Origin: Lingula anatina
Taxonomy: Eukaryota > Animalia > Brachiopoda
Length of the DNA: 64,000 bases
Reading direction: 5' to 3'
NCBI GenBank assembly: GCA_051362555.1
Contig: CM120642.1
Coordinates: 33,666,001 to 33,730,000, forward strand
Part shown: positions 52,101 through 64,000 of the stretch, piece after piece
Position numbering within the stretch: position 1 is the stretch's first letter
Layout of the letters: the number at the start of each line of letters is the position of its first letter
Position numbers and translations under genes: made by a program
Notes under the pieces: model-generated
Databases searched by the model: none
What the model saw: the letters and a program-made list of their open reading frames with translations, nothing else
Told to the model about the DNA's origin: nothing

Positions 52101-53235
52101 TACTACTGTGTTAAAATTGAGGGTTAAATTTCATCTGTGATGATTGCAATTTAGGAGTGATATCTTTGGCAAAATATCGATGATCAGTTAGATATCATTA
52201 ATCTCAATTGCAATAAACCTGGTCAGTCCACAGCGTGTTGCTAAGACAAACAAATATTTTGTAATCAATTTGAGCTGACTGTTTCAACAACAATCTAATT
52301 AACCATTTTATTGCAGTAAACAAACTGGGCCCCAGACAATATTTGGATTAATTGTAATCATTGCAATAATTGCTTGACATCAAGCTGAGGACCAGGTGCA
52401 TAAAGGACACCCAGCTGTGTGTGTCCATCTTGTCTCTCCCTGATGAATCTCCTGATAAAAGAGAAAATTGTTTGATAACATTTTGATACAGGAGGAGAAT
52501 TTTGTTAACATGGTGAGATATCATCTGGAGAGCAGTAAGGAAAGGAATGGGACCTGCCCACTGACAACATGTAAACAAGACTTTAGTAGAAACACAAAGA
52601 AATTATCAGGACCTTGGAAGGGATACAGAAAGAAATTAAAGACTTACAATGTTTTCATCTTAGTGCATTTTTGCAATTTGGTCTGGGTTTTCAGTATATT
52701 CATTCATTTCTTTAATTACATTTCCTGCAGAGATGGGGATTCAATGGGAAGGGTGGAAGGTCAGTTAGGCTATTAAGACTATAGGCATTTCCTTCCAACT
52801 TTAATCTGGGGAATTTACAAAAGAATTTATGTAGAAATCCTCTGGTTGCAGAGATGGTATAAAAAGAGTGAACGTGGTTAAAAGAAGCCATAAAATTTCT
52901 GTATCATGATTTGAACTCAGTTTGAACTGGTCACAGACTGGAATTTCATTGCATGAGTACATTGAAAATTGTATCTTCAAATCTGTGGATTTTTTATCTG
53001 ACCTCCTACAACAGGATAGTGTTCATTCAGTTGTTGATTGCTGTAGGTTGGTAAACTATTTCTAGGCACCTGTAGCCAGTCACAGTGTCAGATAGAAGTT
53101 ATAAGGTAAGGTTTTAACATAACCAGGTGTAAGTCTACCTGGTCCCTGAACCACATAGCAATCTGTAGCAGTGTCATTTGTCCGAGTACATGGACTACAG
53201 CCGCTTGTGTGAAAGAAAGAAAGACAGCAGTCTAT

Positions 53236-53461
53236 CACCCCATTTCCATAGATTTTTAGATCGATGTATCCCTGTCGGGAGTCTCACTAGATTACTGTCA
53301 GCTTGGCCGGCTTAAGCGTCTGTCCCACCTACTAAAAGCTGTAAGGTGGTAATTAACTATGGTGCCCGCTTGGCTGACTGCAATTTAGTGTGAACCCCAA
53401 GGGAGTTAGGTCGATCTAAATCTTAATCTCTAGATCGATCTAAATCTCTGGGAAAGTACCC
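53236..53461 (-). mobile_element. MITE family A, copy 3
   Basis: Reverse complement of copy 1 (same subtype); TAT/TAT duplication. Confidence 0.85.
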
Positions 53462-54892
53462 TATGATGTACTAAATAGATATTGCTCTCTCTGGAAAAGT
53501 TTTATTGACTTTCAAATAATTACATTAATGTTTGAATTTGACTTGAATCAAAGGAAAAACAAGAAGAATATGAACTTCTGTACAGACAGTGGATCAGAAT
53601 CAGCTTTATTGTAAAAACAAGTGGATTAAGAAGACAGTGAAACGTGGAAAAGTTTACACATGTTCTTTGTAAACAGTCTCAATGAGGAGCTTGATTGCTG
53701 TGGGTAAATAGAGTGTGTTAATCTATACATATAGTGCTTTAACCTAGAAATTAAACTTGTGTAAGGGAAACTACCAGTGGTTATATCCCAGATTTTACTT
53801 GCTTAAACCTCTACATGTACGATAGAAGAGGATTTGTAACATCCTGTTTTATATGATAGCTTTCGCTTCCTTTCTATGACATCATCATGGATGTTGTAAC
53901 TGTAAGATTTTCAACCAACATATAATGCCATATTGGTCCAGGATTGCTACACTGTACAAATATTGTGATTACTGCTACTGTACAATGTGGTATGAAGGGA
54001 ATCTAAGCAGGTAAGACTACAGTGTGATATACAGTGTGATACTGTAGAGGTACATTGGTGTGATAGTTTACTGGTGTTATTATTATCAGCAGGTTTTTAC
54101 AGGTTTTTGCTCAAAGCAACAAAATGTGACAAACATGAGTTACCACTCTTACCCTAAGCTGTCATGTATGTTGACAAATTACATCAGAGTTGTATTGCCT
54201 TTAAACATTGCAGCAGGTGCTTAAATTTTAACTGAAATTCATGGGTTACCTCCAGTTTTTGTAGTAGTAAAATAGAAGCAATGATATCATCCTTAAAGGC
54301 TGCCCATTTTGTAAATTTTATACCACAGTGGATGGAACTAAACGCCACACTGGAAGTGACTCAGAGCTGGAGTCATAATCTGCAGTAATTTGCAAGCATT
54401 TTTTGTGGTAAGAGTTCAAAAGATAATGCTTTCTTCAGCTGTGTTCTGAGGAGAAAAATGCAACTTTATTCTGAAATAAAGCGTGGAATGAATCATACCT
54501 GAAACGAGATCGTTTTATCTAATGATGGCAAGGTTAATGGCCTTTTATTCAGCACTAAAATTGCTCACATGGATTCAATTTCCAGATTCAGTCTTTATCA
54601 GATTTTGTTTTCTAGAAAAGAGTCATTCAAGACACGCGTGATGCAAAAAGATACAATGATTATACAAAATCACATTAAGTTCACAGCAAGTGGTAATGCA
54701 ATCAACTGCTACTATCTGCTCAATTTACTGCAAGCCATCTTTAAAATGTAGAAATGCGTGTAATTTATAACAATGAAGTGATAAAAATTTGTTTTCATTT
54801 CATGATTCCATAAGACGTCAAGCAATTAAGCTGAACGGATTGCAATCAACACTAAAGTCTTTTTACAAGACAACAGGGCAGTGACAGGTTAA

Positions 54893-57800
54893 GTGTGTGT
54901 CCATGATAGGACCAGTCAGAGGGTGGCAAGGTGGGGGTCAACAGATTTCAACCAAATTCATAATATTGTTGCATATATAGGAGATATTAAGATTGAAGGC
55001 AACAATCCCAAAAGAAATCATTGGATATAATTATAATATGATATTTTATGTTTTGGCCATTTTTGGCTTGATTTTCAGCTTCGGTCAATAAAGCCACTTC
55101 ATAAGCAAATATGTCAAAACTGATGACTTTTTAAAATTAATTGAAAATTTACCTATTTAAACCAGCCATTTGCCATTGAGAATATGTTACTAAATTTCAG
55201 TTTAACCCACAAACTAACGGGCCACGCCCATTTTTATGACCCCACCCCCCAAACTCACTTTTCTACCAAGCAATGTTCAAGCATTCATATCTCTCTTTTT
55301 GCAGGCTTGACAGCCATAAAATTTTATAGGGATCCTAAGCATATATTGGTCTAATCATACAAAATTCAAAAAGTGTGTTAAACACAACAGAAGATATTGA
55401 AAAAGTGCCTCAAACTTTAGCAATTTTAGCAGAAAACCAAACGGCCGAAATCAAGATATCAGTACATTTTGAGATAATACCTTCCAATAATCAAATTTAA
55501 TCAAAGACTCACAGCCAGGAATTCAAACTATGCTTTGATAAGGGCAAATCTATCCAATTTTTATAAATAAAAAATGGCTGCCATCAAATCTGCCCCAAAA
55601 TACAGTTACCCTAATTCCTCAAAATAATCAAGAGGCCCATTTTTGCAGGTTTTTTATTTTGAGATCTGTAATACAGGATTGCTCAAATAATATTCTTTTC
55701 AAACAGAGCCATACAACTTCTGAATAAATTTAAATTACTAGTGACAAGTTATTCACCCCCCCCCCCCCCCCATTTAATAAGTTATTACTGTGCATAACCA
55801 GTATCATCAGCATTGTGTATATACCTTATTTTCAGGGAGCAATAGAGAAAAAAAATTACAAATGATTTTTCTAAAGGTAAAAGGGAATGACTTTCTCATT
55901 TTATCAGTTTTCTCAAGTGCAACACTAATTAATCCACTTGAAATGATTTATATTGCATTTTTCAACCAATTTTTTTCCTTTCAAATGATTCATAGGCTTT
56001 GTAAATACATGTGATATCTTGATATCTATATTCTTTTTCTATAAAGAAAATTAAAACAAGAGTCAGCAACATACAATGACAGGAGGAGTACTTTATTTTC
56101 ATATTATCAATTGGACAGTAAAAGAACAAAGCAGTTACTTTTTACAGGAGTGAAATCAAGTTATGAATCTCCAAGGTTCCAATATCACGGTTATCTTTTT
56201 CATATACTGAACACAACAGTGATGGGTAGTGTTCCACAGATTTTAATCTTATAACTGATTGGTCCCCAAGTTTCTTCTTCTGGTTGAGAGATCCAGGGTC
56301 TCCTACAGTAATGATAATTCAGCAATCTTAGAATAAGTGTGGTAACTTGAAGCAACATGCCACTATAGTTTAGTGTGACTGAAGTGTCAATTGTCAATAT
56401 TTGTCAATTCAGTGGCGCCAATTATCCTCCTTTCCTACAAAACTGATTGAGATTACCAAGCCTAAGATGCACATTTGTTATGGGGGATTGACCCAAGGTG
56501 GCTCTAAGTCCAATAGAGGTTTGCCAGGATATCCACTACTGCGTCTACCTGAAGATGGCAGGACAGGCTGTCAAAAGAAAATGTATTTAACATATTTTAA
56601 ACTCATGTTAATTGCTGTATAAGAACAATTACTAAATAATATTCTGATCAAACATATTGCATAAGTGTAAAAAAGGAAATCAAATATGCATGATTGTAGC
56701 TACCAGAATTTCATGATAGAAAAAGAAACAAATGAAAAAAAGGTAAACCTTTTTTCTTCTACGTGGAAGTGTTCCAGGCATTACAAAGTTGGTGCTCACA
56801 TCTGAATCTGATGAATTGGCCTGTGCAATTTCAGGTGACTTTTCTATTATTGTCTGTAAGATTGTCCAGGTCAAGGTTCACATACAGGCCTAGGATGTAA
56901 AATCTGAAAAATAAACATAACATCAATAAATGCTTTACAACAACAGAGGCTTACTGTGTTCAGAATAGAAACTATCGAGCAGGATCAATCTATCTCAGCG
57001 GAGTATCACACTCGGGCTCAGTCGTTGTAATCAGCTTAATTGTCTGGCACGCCCCCTTGCAAAGCAACATGAACAACTTAATGGACTGCAAAGTTTTCCT
57101 GATTTTACTAAAGTACCTTTAGTTACAAGTGTCCTGTGTAATATGTAAGTCTTGAAAATTGAAGCACAGGCAGTTAACTTCAACTTCATTGTAAACACAC
57201 ATAAATCTGCATAGTGAATATAAAACTAAAATATAAAAAAACTGGCACAAGTAACATCCCCTAAAAAGCCAAAACTTGAAACTGAATGTGTGTTACATAC
57301 CTTTGATTCTGGGTAAGAAATTTCTTATGAAGCTGTCTTCAAGCTCAGTATAGTCTTTAACTGTTTGTCTTATGATAACACATGTAACAAAGCCCTAGAA
57401 TTTAACGCAAAAATATACTTCATAAGTTAGCTACACAGTTAATTCTTTTCAGCATACATGTTTACCATGAAACAGAAATCAAGTAAAACTCTGTGAATTG
57501 AAATATACCAGTATGTCTTTTAAATTTGCTTATATTCTTTATATTACTGAATAATATTCAAACTGGTTTGAGTTTTTAGTGTATCTGATTCTAGTATATG
57601 TATGCCACCACTGATCACTTACCTTACAACAAACATCCAGAGCTAAATCGATGAGATGGATATATTGAGGAACCCAAGCCTGACAACAGTCTGAAGTGGT
57701 TCAACCAAAAATTCACATTCTAAGGACGACCAGCTGCTATGGTCATTTCTTGTTATATTCTGGTGCACACCAATCCTTCTGAGATGTATCTAAGCATCTC

Positions 57801-58664
57801 TAGTGCATGTTCTTCATAAATTTAAGAAAGTATTATGTTTTAACACTGTGAAGACGATGTGCTTTGCTCCACAGTTGCTCCGGTGATAATCCTAGTACCC
57901 GCCATGTTGAAAATAGGTCACAGAGTTAGCATCGTTATTTTACATTTAGTTTCTACAACATAAACAAATTAAAAAAATGTATTTTCGCTTCATAAGGTCG
58001 TCTGCAGGGCAAACATAATTATTTTAAGGGCTTTTCACAAACCTATACATGGTTTTGACTTATTAATTTAGTTGAAGAAACAGTTTAGCATTTAAGTAGT
58101 ATAAAAATATTCGTTTTTAGGCCCTTTTTAAAATTGTTATAGTTCTTATTTTACAAGGTTTAACACAGATTTTATTTTACAAAATTTATTTTTCAACCCT
58201 TTTCTATCAGCACATACCAAAATTATATGGATACAACCTGCAAAAAAGAAGTTGTGTGCATTTAAAGAAGGGGAGGGGGTCAAGCATACGGAAAACATGC
58301 CTTATTAGAATCAACCTTGTGTGGTCATGACAGTGCCTTTTCAAAAAATCTGTACTGGGTATTAAAGATCTTTCCTTAACCTATCATGTGGCTTACCTAA
58401 ATAAATCCTTATGATGTACATGATTTTTTAAAAGAATATTTAAAATTATAACTTTTCAAGAGCTAAAAAATGCTATATTTTGGCAAAATTGCCAATAAAA
58501 GATCTGCCCCCATATCTCTAAAACTAATGATCCAAAATAAGAAAGCCAGTGGCTCACAATATCTTTTATGTTGATGGTTTACCACACCAAAAATTATTAA
58601 AATCTGCTGACCCCCACCTTGCCGCCTTCTGACTGATCTGTCTGGCTTTCTCATGGACGCGCTC
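54893..58664. mobile_element. 3.8-kb TTAA-flanked DNA transposon-like element (Kolobok-like termini)
   Basis: TTAA at 54889-54892 and 58665-58668; imperfect ~55-65-bp TIRs: gtgtgtgtccatga..cagtcagagggtggcaaggtgggggtcaacagattt versus reverse complement gagcgcgtccatga..cagtcagaaggcggcaaggtgggggtcagcagattt. Confidence 0.78.
56150..57905 (-). pseudogene. Decayed multi-exon coding sequence inside the TTAA element
   Basis: caacATGGCG start at ~57905; exon-like blocks with GT-AG ends at ~57905-57622, 57360-57301 (KDYTELEDSFIRNFLPRIK), 56903-56749 (..PGTLPRRRKK) and 56567-~56150; the last three have compatible phases, but several blocks carry in-frame stops. Confidence 0.4.
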
Positions 58665-59512
58665 TTAAGAGCACAACAATCCAGTCATTATGTTGCTTTA
58701 AATGTATGATTTTTTTTTTTTTTTGCATTTAACCAAACATACTGAAACCAATACATAAGAACTAACATTAATGGAAGCCTTTCCTACAGTTCAGTATGAA
58801 AGCTTACAATCACCAAGGTGTCCCGACAGATGATTGTAAAAAATTACATGTTGTTATTAAAGTGCTGTGAGTCATTATTTTGTAGAAAAAAAGGAAACAA
58901 CTTCCTCTGCTGCTGTGTTAAACTTTTATGATGATTTATGTGTGATTTTGACAGTTGAGACGGTATTACTCACCTGAAATCTAAGCTTGACTGTTTTTGT
59001 GTGTGTTTATACTTTTATTATTTCCAAAGTTAGAGTGTAATTTAAAAACATATAGACATAAACTATATTTGCAGATACCATTCTTACAAAATTACCAATT
59101 AAGTAAACTTAATTATTTGTTATAGAAGGTTTTACTCTGAGTAAGGTTAAGAAAATCAATGTACTGGAAGTCACTGGGCTATATTAGCTTCATTAAAATG
59201 TTCTGTTTATCTCAGTATTGATTGCCTACAAATAGCAAGATTTAATTTAGACTAGATAACTAACCTGGTATTGTGTTGTAATGAGGTCATCTGCACGTCT
59301 TAATTTTCTGATAAAAATGCGGCTTGAGAATAATCTTGGATATCGTCTTGAAAAATTGGAATTGAGCACTTGGACTGTTGAAGCATATGCTACTGCCTGC
59401 CATTATGGACTTTATCATGTCCCCGCCTCCCCTCTCTGCCTTTCCCCCCACCTCCCCTCCCTGTCCCCTCATAGTTTTGGGGGATACCCCTAGGCTTTCT
59501 CCCTAAGTATAA

Positions 59513-59726
59513 GGCTCTATTCCCATAGATTTTAGATCGATCTATCCCTGCGGGGAGTCTCACAAGATTACTTTCAGATAATCCTACCTAAATGTCCGTC
59601 CCGCCTACTACAAGTTGTAATGGGTAATTAACTTTCGTGTCCACCCGGCTGACAGCTATTTAGCGTGAACCCCCAGGGAGTTAGGTCGATCTAAAGTAGG
59701 TCGATCTAATCTATGGAAATGGGGTG
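59513..59726 (-). mobile_element. MITE family A, copy 4
   Basis: Reverse complement of copy 2 (same subtype); TAA/TAA duplication. Confidence 0.85.
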
Positions 59727-61239
59727 TAACAAGTGAAGCAGTACAAAATAAAATATTTCTCTTTCATTCGTGTCCCATACATACATATAGCAGTAATTTT
59801 TTTTTACTTTCATTGTCTTCATAAATAAATTAGGGATTATTAACTGAGTTTTTAGAATGAAATTATAGTAAATATAGAAATATGTTGATAAGGATTATGG
59901 TTTAATTGGGGGCTTTAAAATTGGGGGTTATAGAATTGCTTCATAATAAAAGTATACTGGTACAAGTTGTATAAGTGTAGAAGAAGTGTTGTACATTCAC
60001 TGGTTTGGAAAAACCACTTATCACGCTTCAACAAACTGCAACATTGTTGTCACAACAAGATAAACCATGCAATATTTACATAAATAATTCAGTTTAAGTC
60101 AGAAGATAGGTCTGTACTTAAACTGAGTGCAAATAGCCAGAAGAGGTCAGAATGGACAATGTGGTCATCAGAGGGTTATCTAACTTTAATTAGAATCAAT
60201 TAGGAGATGATAATAGACTCATCATGTTGTAGTGGGTTATGTCAACAGTAGTGTGTCAGGGGACTGAATACAACTAGTACACACCCAGGTTCATGGGATG
60301 TTAGAAAGTGAGATATCTTCCAAATTTTTTAAAAATATACTTTACTTGGGCTATATAAATTGTAAATTTGTTTTTCAGAATTTCTTAATACATAGTTACA
60401 TTGTTTGAATAGTTTTACTTAAATACAAATTTCATGATATCTACTGTATATTCATGGACGTGATATCTGTTGTATCTTTGCAACATATGTATGATATGTG
60501 CATAAGGATGAATAATATGCATTTTTTCTCATTGAAAGACTATCTATTGATAAATTGCAGCTAGCTTAGTATTATATGAAAATTGGAATGTCTGCAACAT
60601 ACACAAGTATAATGTCATCTTAAGAAGCAGGTACCCTGGTGGTATGTTTCAACTATAGCAATGCTTTAAAAAAGAATGATAAAATACATTTCTGACGTAA
60701 ACTGATCAACAAGTGCAGGCAGCGTGTAATTGCTTTCAAACATGAACACATTTTTTTCATAGAAATGAAGACCAGCAGATAAAAAGTGTCTTATTGAGCA
60801 ACCACCATGGGTCATCACAGGTACCACACATCTCCTTTCTAGCCCTTCCTGGTGCTCTTAGTTATACATGAGAGGGGCTGCAAGGAATGTCACATTGAAG
60901 TATACATAGTCTTGGCATTGTACTACAGAGACCAAGCCCTGTATTTAGCACAAGCGACAGCGGGCATGTTGGTAAAGAACTGGATAATTAAGATCACTGT
61001 TATTTGTTTTGCTAATAAGAGATGCAGAGGTCTATCTGCTGGTCATTTGTGGTTCAGAGGTTGTAAATGGGAGGATCTTGACCAGGGGACCACACTACCT
61101 TTATCATAGGATTTACACCAGGTGAACAAGAAAAAACTGACATTTGTGGTTTTTGAAACCGGGTGTAAATGTAGGCTGGGAATTCACTTTACAGCATGTA
61201 AATAGTCATTTGTAAGGAACAGCAACCACAGGAGCCTGG

Positions 61240-61326
61240 AGGGTTCTCTCTGAAGATCTGGGGAAAGTATTTTACTGGACCTGTAGGGTTCTCTCTGAAG
61301 ATCTGGGGAAAGTATTTTACTGGACC
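61240..61326 (+). repeat. Tandem duplication with 45-bp period
   Basis: agggttctctctgaagatctggggaaagtattttactggacc at 61240 and 61285. Confidence 0.93.
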
Positions 61327-61683
61327 ACAACTTGTGCTGTTTGCTCCTGTGACTGCAGACGTTGCAGAAGAGTAAAGTCTCCTGGGCATTTGTGGTTAAA
61401 ACAGTGCAGGGGAAGTACCTTGCAATGCCTAAATGTTAAGTTGTAAGATGCACTAGCAACTGGAGCTTAGATTTTAACTTTTAAAAAAGGGTCGTGTCTG
61501 GATCAAGTCCCAGAAGTTTGTTAAGTTTGCATGTGACCACTGCAGACTTCATGTGACACATAAATGATAATTAGTGTAAACATCACAAGCCAAGGTCTTT
61601 ATCTGCATTGGTAAGCTGACTGAAAGGAAAAGAAACAAGAACATTTCTTTCCAAGGTCTTTTTTAAATCTTCACTATCAGAAA

Positions 61684-61764
61684 ATGGATATCTATGGAGG
61701 AAGGACAGGGCATCTGGGACAGTTTAGGAGGAAGAGATGTGGAATAGTAGCCTGGATGACTGAG
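61684..61764 (+). CDS. Candidate alternative first coding exon (MDIYGGRTGHLGQFRRKRCGIVAWMTE)
   Basis: aaaATGG context, 27 open purine-rich codons, donor GAG/gtatgt in phase 0. Confidence 0.4.
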
Positions 61765-62856
61765 GTATGTTATCACTATCAAAAAAGTCAAGATACTTCA
61801 CTAAGTAAATATTTCTGTCGATAATTGTCCTATATACATAAAGGACTTCTGCTATGTCTTAGATACCTGTTATTGCCAAAGCTATTCACTTCACTCGGAA
61901 CTGAATATGAGACTGTATAGAAGGTGGGTCTGATTTTAATGATGTTTTTAAAAATGCAGTTTTTAGTCATTTAACAAAAAAATGATGACATTATATGTTA
62001 AGTACTCCCACATCCAGTAAATCTTGATCGCTCTTTCAGCTTTACTGATAAAGTGCTATGAAGAAATCTACAGTAACAAATTAGTGAAGCTACTAATTTT
62101 TTGACAACAGTAACAATTTTTGAATTAAATGATAGAAAAATTACAATTTTTTAATTAAATGATAGAAAACTTTTTTTATGATAAAACAAGACAGATGATT
62201 ATTGTAAGAAATGATAGTTGTTATATCCCCATTACTGTCTAAAATGTAGTGGTTATGTTCCTTCAGTTGGTCATTACCCGTGGGTAACTAATGGAGAATA
62301 TTGTTGGTCTGGGTAAACAACATGATATTGTTTATGATCACTGGTGCTGATAGAGGTCTGAATACTTCACAGGGCCAGCTAACCTGGTCAACCACTGGTC
62401 AACAGAGAAAAAAAGGCTAATAACCCTACACTTTTCTTGTTTTTATCCCTCATTATAAAAAGCTAATAACCTGTGCTCTAGCTGCTCTACCTCCTTGTTT
62501 TTGTCCGTTATTTTATGATAATAAAACCCAGCATTGGTTCTGTTCACATGGTACAATTCAATCCTGAGCTAAATCAAAGATGTATTAAAAATCCAGCATG
62601 TATTCTGACACAGCAAAGAAATAATTGATTCACTGAAAAACAGTAGGCAAAGTCTACAGCAACAGATAATGCAATCAATTATCTGAATAGACCAAAGTAC
62701 GGATTACACTGTTGTATTCAGACATGTAAGAAAGCACTCACGTGTGCTTGGAGATGTGATGCTCCAGGTTGTGGTTTGTGTGAACACAGCTTATTTTCCT
62801 GCTGGCTGAGCAGTTAAGATTAAGCACAACAATGTGGTAGATGTTAACAGTGAAAC

Positions 62857-62892
62857 ATGGAAGATGTAGCAACAGGTGCTAAGAAAGGAAAG
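62857..62892 (+). CDS. Candidate alternative first coding exon (MEDVATGAKKGK)
   Basis: aaacATGG context, 12 codons, donor AAG/gtaaca in phase 0. Confidence 0.3.
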
Positions 62893-63296
62893 GTAACAAA
62901 TTACTTGACCTTGAAATTATACTTTTATAATTGTGCTATTGCTGCAATTATAGGAAAAGCTGCACTAAGGGAGTTCACACTTTTCCTTTCAGCATTTAAG
63001 TTTGGTATTATATCATAATTATAATTGGTGTATAGGCGCCTGTAGAGGTGCTGTAGATATTGTGGTTGGTGGACATGTTAGTATTGGTGGATTATTATTT
63101 GATTGTTCACAGAGAGTTATAGGAGGTCTTAGTGGTTAAAGTTAAGAACTAAATAATCCAGCCATGATGATAGTTAAGATAGAGCAGGAACAGGGAGGAG
63201 ACATCAGATATAGATGATAACTGTATAGCCTTTTCATTTTGTTCTTCCTTGTTTTATTTATGCTTATATTTGAAATGTTCTAGCAGTCAGATATTA

Positions 63297-63519
63297 AACC
63301 CCCTTTACACTGGACGGCGTCCTTTCTGCGTCCTTTCTGCGACCATGAAATTTGGCATCACTCTGGTCTAAATAAGGAGGCACGAGCATTGATTCTGTAT
63401 CAGAATGAATGCTCAATGATCGGCCAGTTGTCGGCATGTAAAGTATTATAATTTTTTAACTCTCAAATGGGGCCGTACTGCTGGACGCAGAAAGGACGCC
63501 GTCCAGTGTAAAGGGGGCT
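63297..63519. mobile_element. Young Harbinger-type MITE with perfect 35-bp TIR core
   Basis: ccccctttacactggacggcgtcctttctgcgtcc (63299-63333) is exactly inverted at 63483-63517; TTA/TTA flanks; CpGs intact. Confidence 0.9.
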
Positions 63520-64000
63520 TTACCAATTATCAGACTGCTATCTGCTTATTTTCTTCATTTCACTCTTAGTATAGTACTAGTAGGGTTGGCGTGGAAAGAG
63601 CATTGGTCTTGTGTGTGTTTTACTGCTTGACAAAAATAGTTTTAACAGCTTTCCCCACTGTTAAACGGTCTCTTCACGCCAGACTGACCTTTGTGGTGCA
63701 AGTATTTTACACTCCACCCCTCTCAAGTGCGGGGTTTTACAACATAGCAGAATATATCTGATAAAACGGGAGGATGCTTTTGCTTCTTCTATTTTACCTG
63801 ATAAAACATGTACCAATTATTGGAGCCTTCTCTCTGAAGCCAAGCATGTAATGCGTACGTTGCACAACTGTTTTGTTACTGTCCCCAAATTGGTCCAAAC
63901 GATTTTATTTATCAGATTGACATTGAAAAAGTCATTGAAAACTCATTGCACAAACTGTACAGCTTAATAATTGGGTGAAAGTGTTACATTTACCAAATGT

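Noticed and set aside
61189-61389. ORF with a repeated GPVKYFPQIFRENP peptide
   Set aside because: Follows from the 45-bp tandem duplication; no other coding evidence.

Overview
AT-rich, intron-containing metazoan DNA (probably a lophotrochozoan invertebrate; the taxon is an inference). 1-16 kb: three tandem, intact, 5-exon paralogs encoding small secreted single-vWA-domain proteins with a complete MIDAS motif. They share a near-invariant signal exon but differ in pro-region, MIDAS-loop residues and Cys content, and show mosaic ancestry with a readable duplication junction. 16.3-20 kb: a convergent minus-strand 5-exon gene for a type I membrane protein (signal, LamG/ConA-like, Ser/Thr mucin stalk, Sushi, TM). 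From ~21.4 kb to the end: a visibly CpG-poor stretch that looks like the 5' part of a very large plus-strand gene with tiny coding exons and several candidate alternative first exons; its identity is not recognisable here. It hosts a Helentron/DINE-like element with a ~145-bp array, a 3.8-kb TTAA-flanked element with a decayed spliced gene, and several Harbinger-type MITEs. All exon structures, alignments and counts were worked out by hand; no database searches were run.
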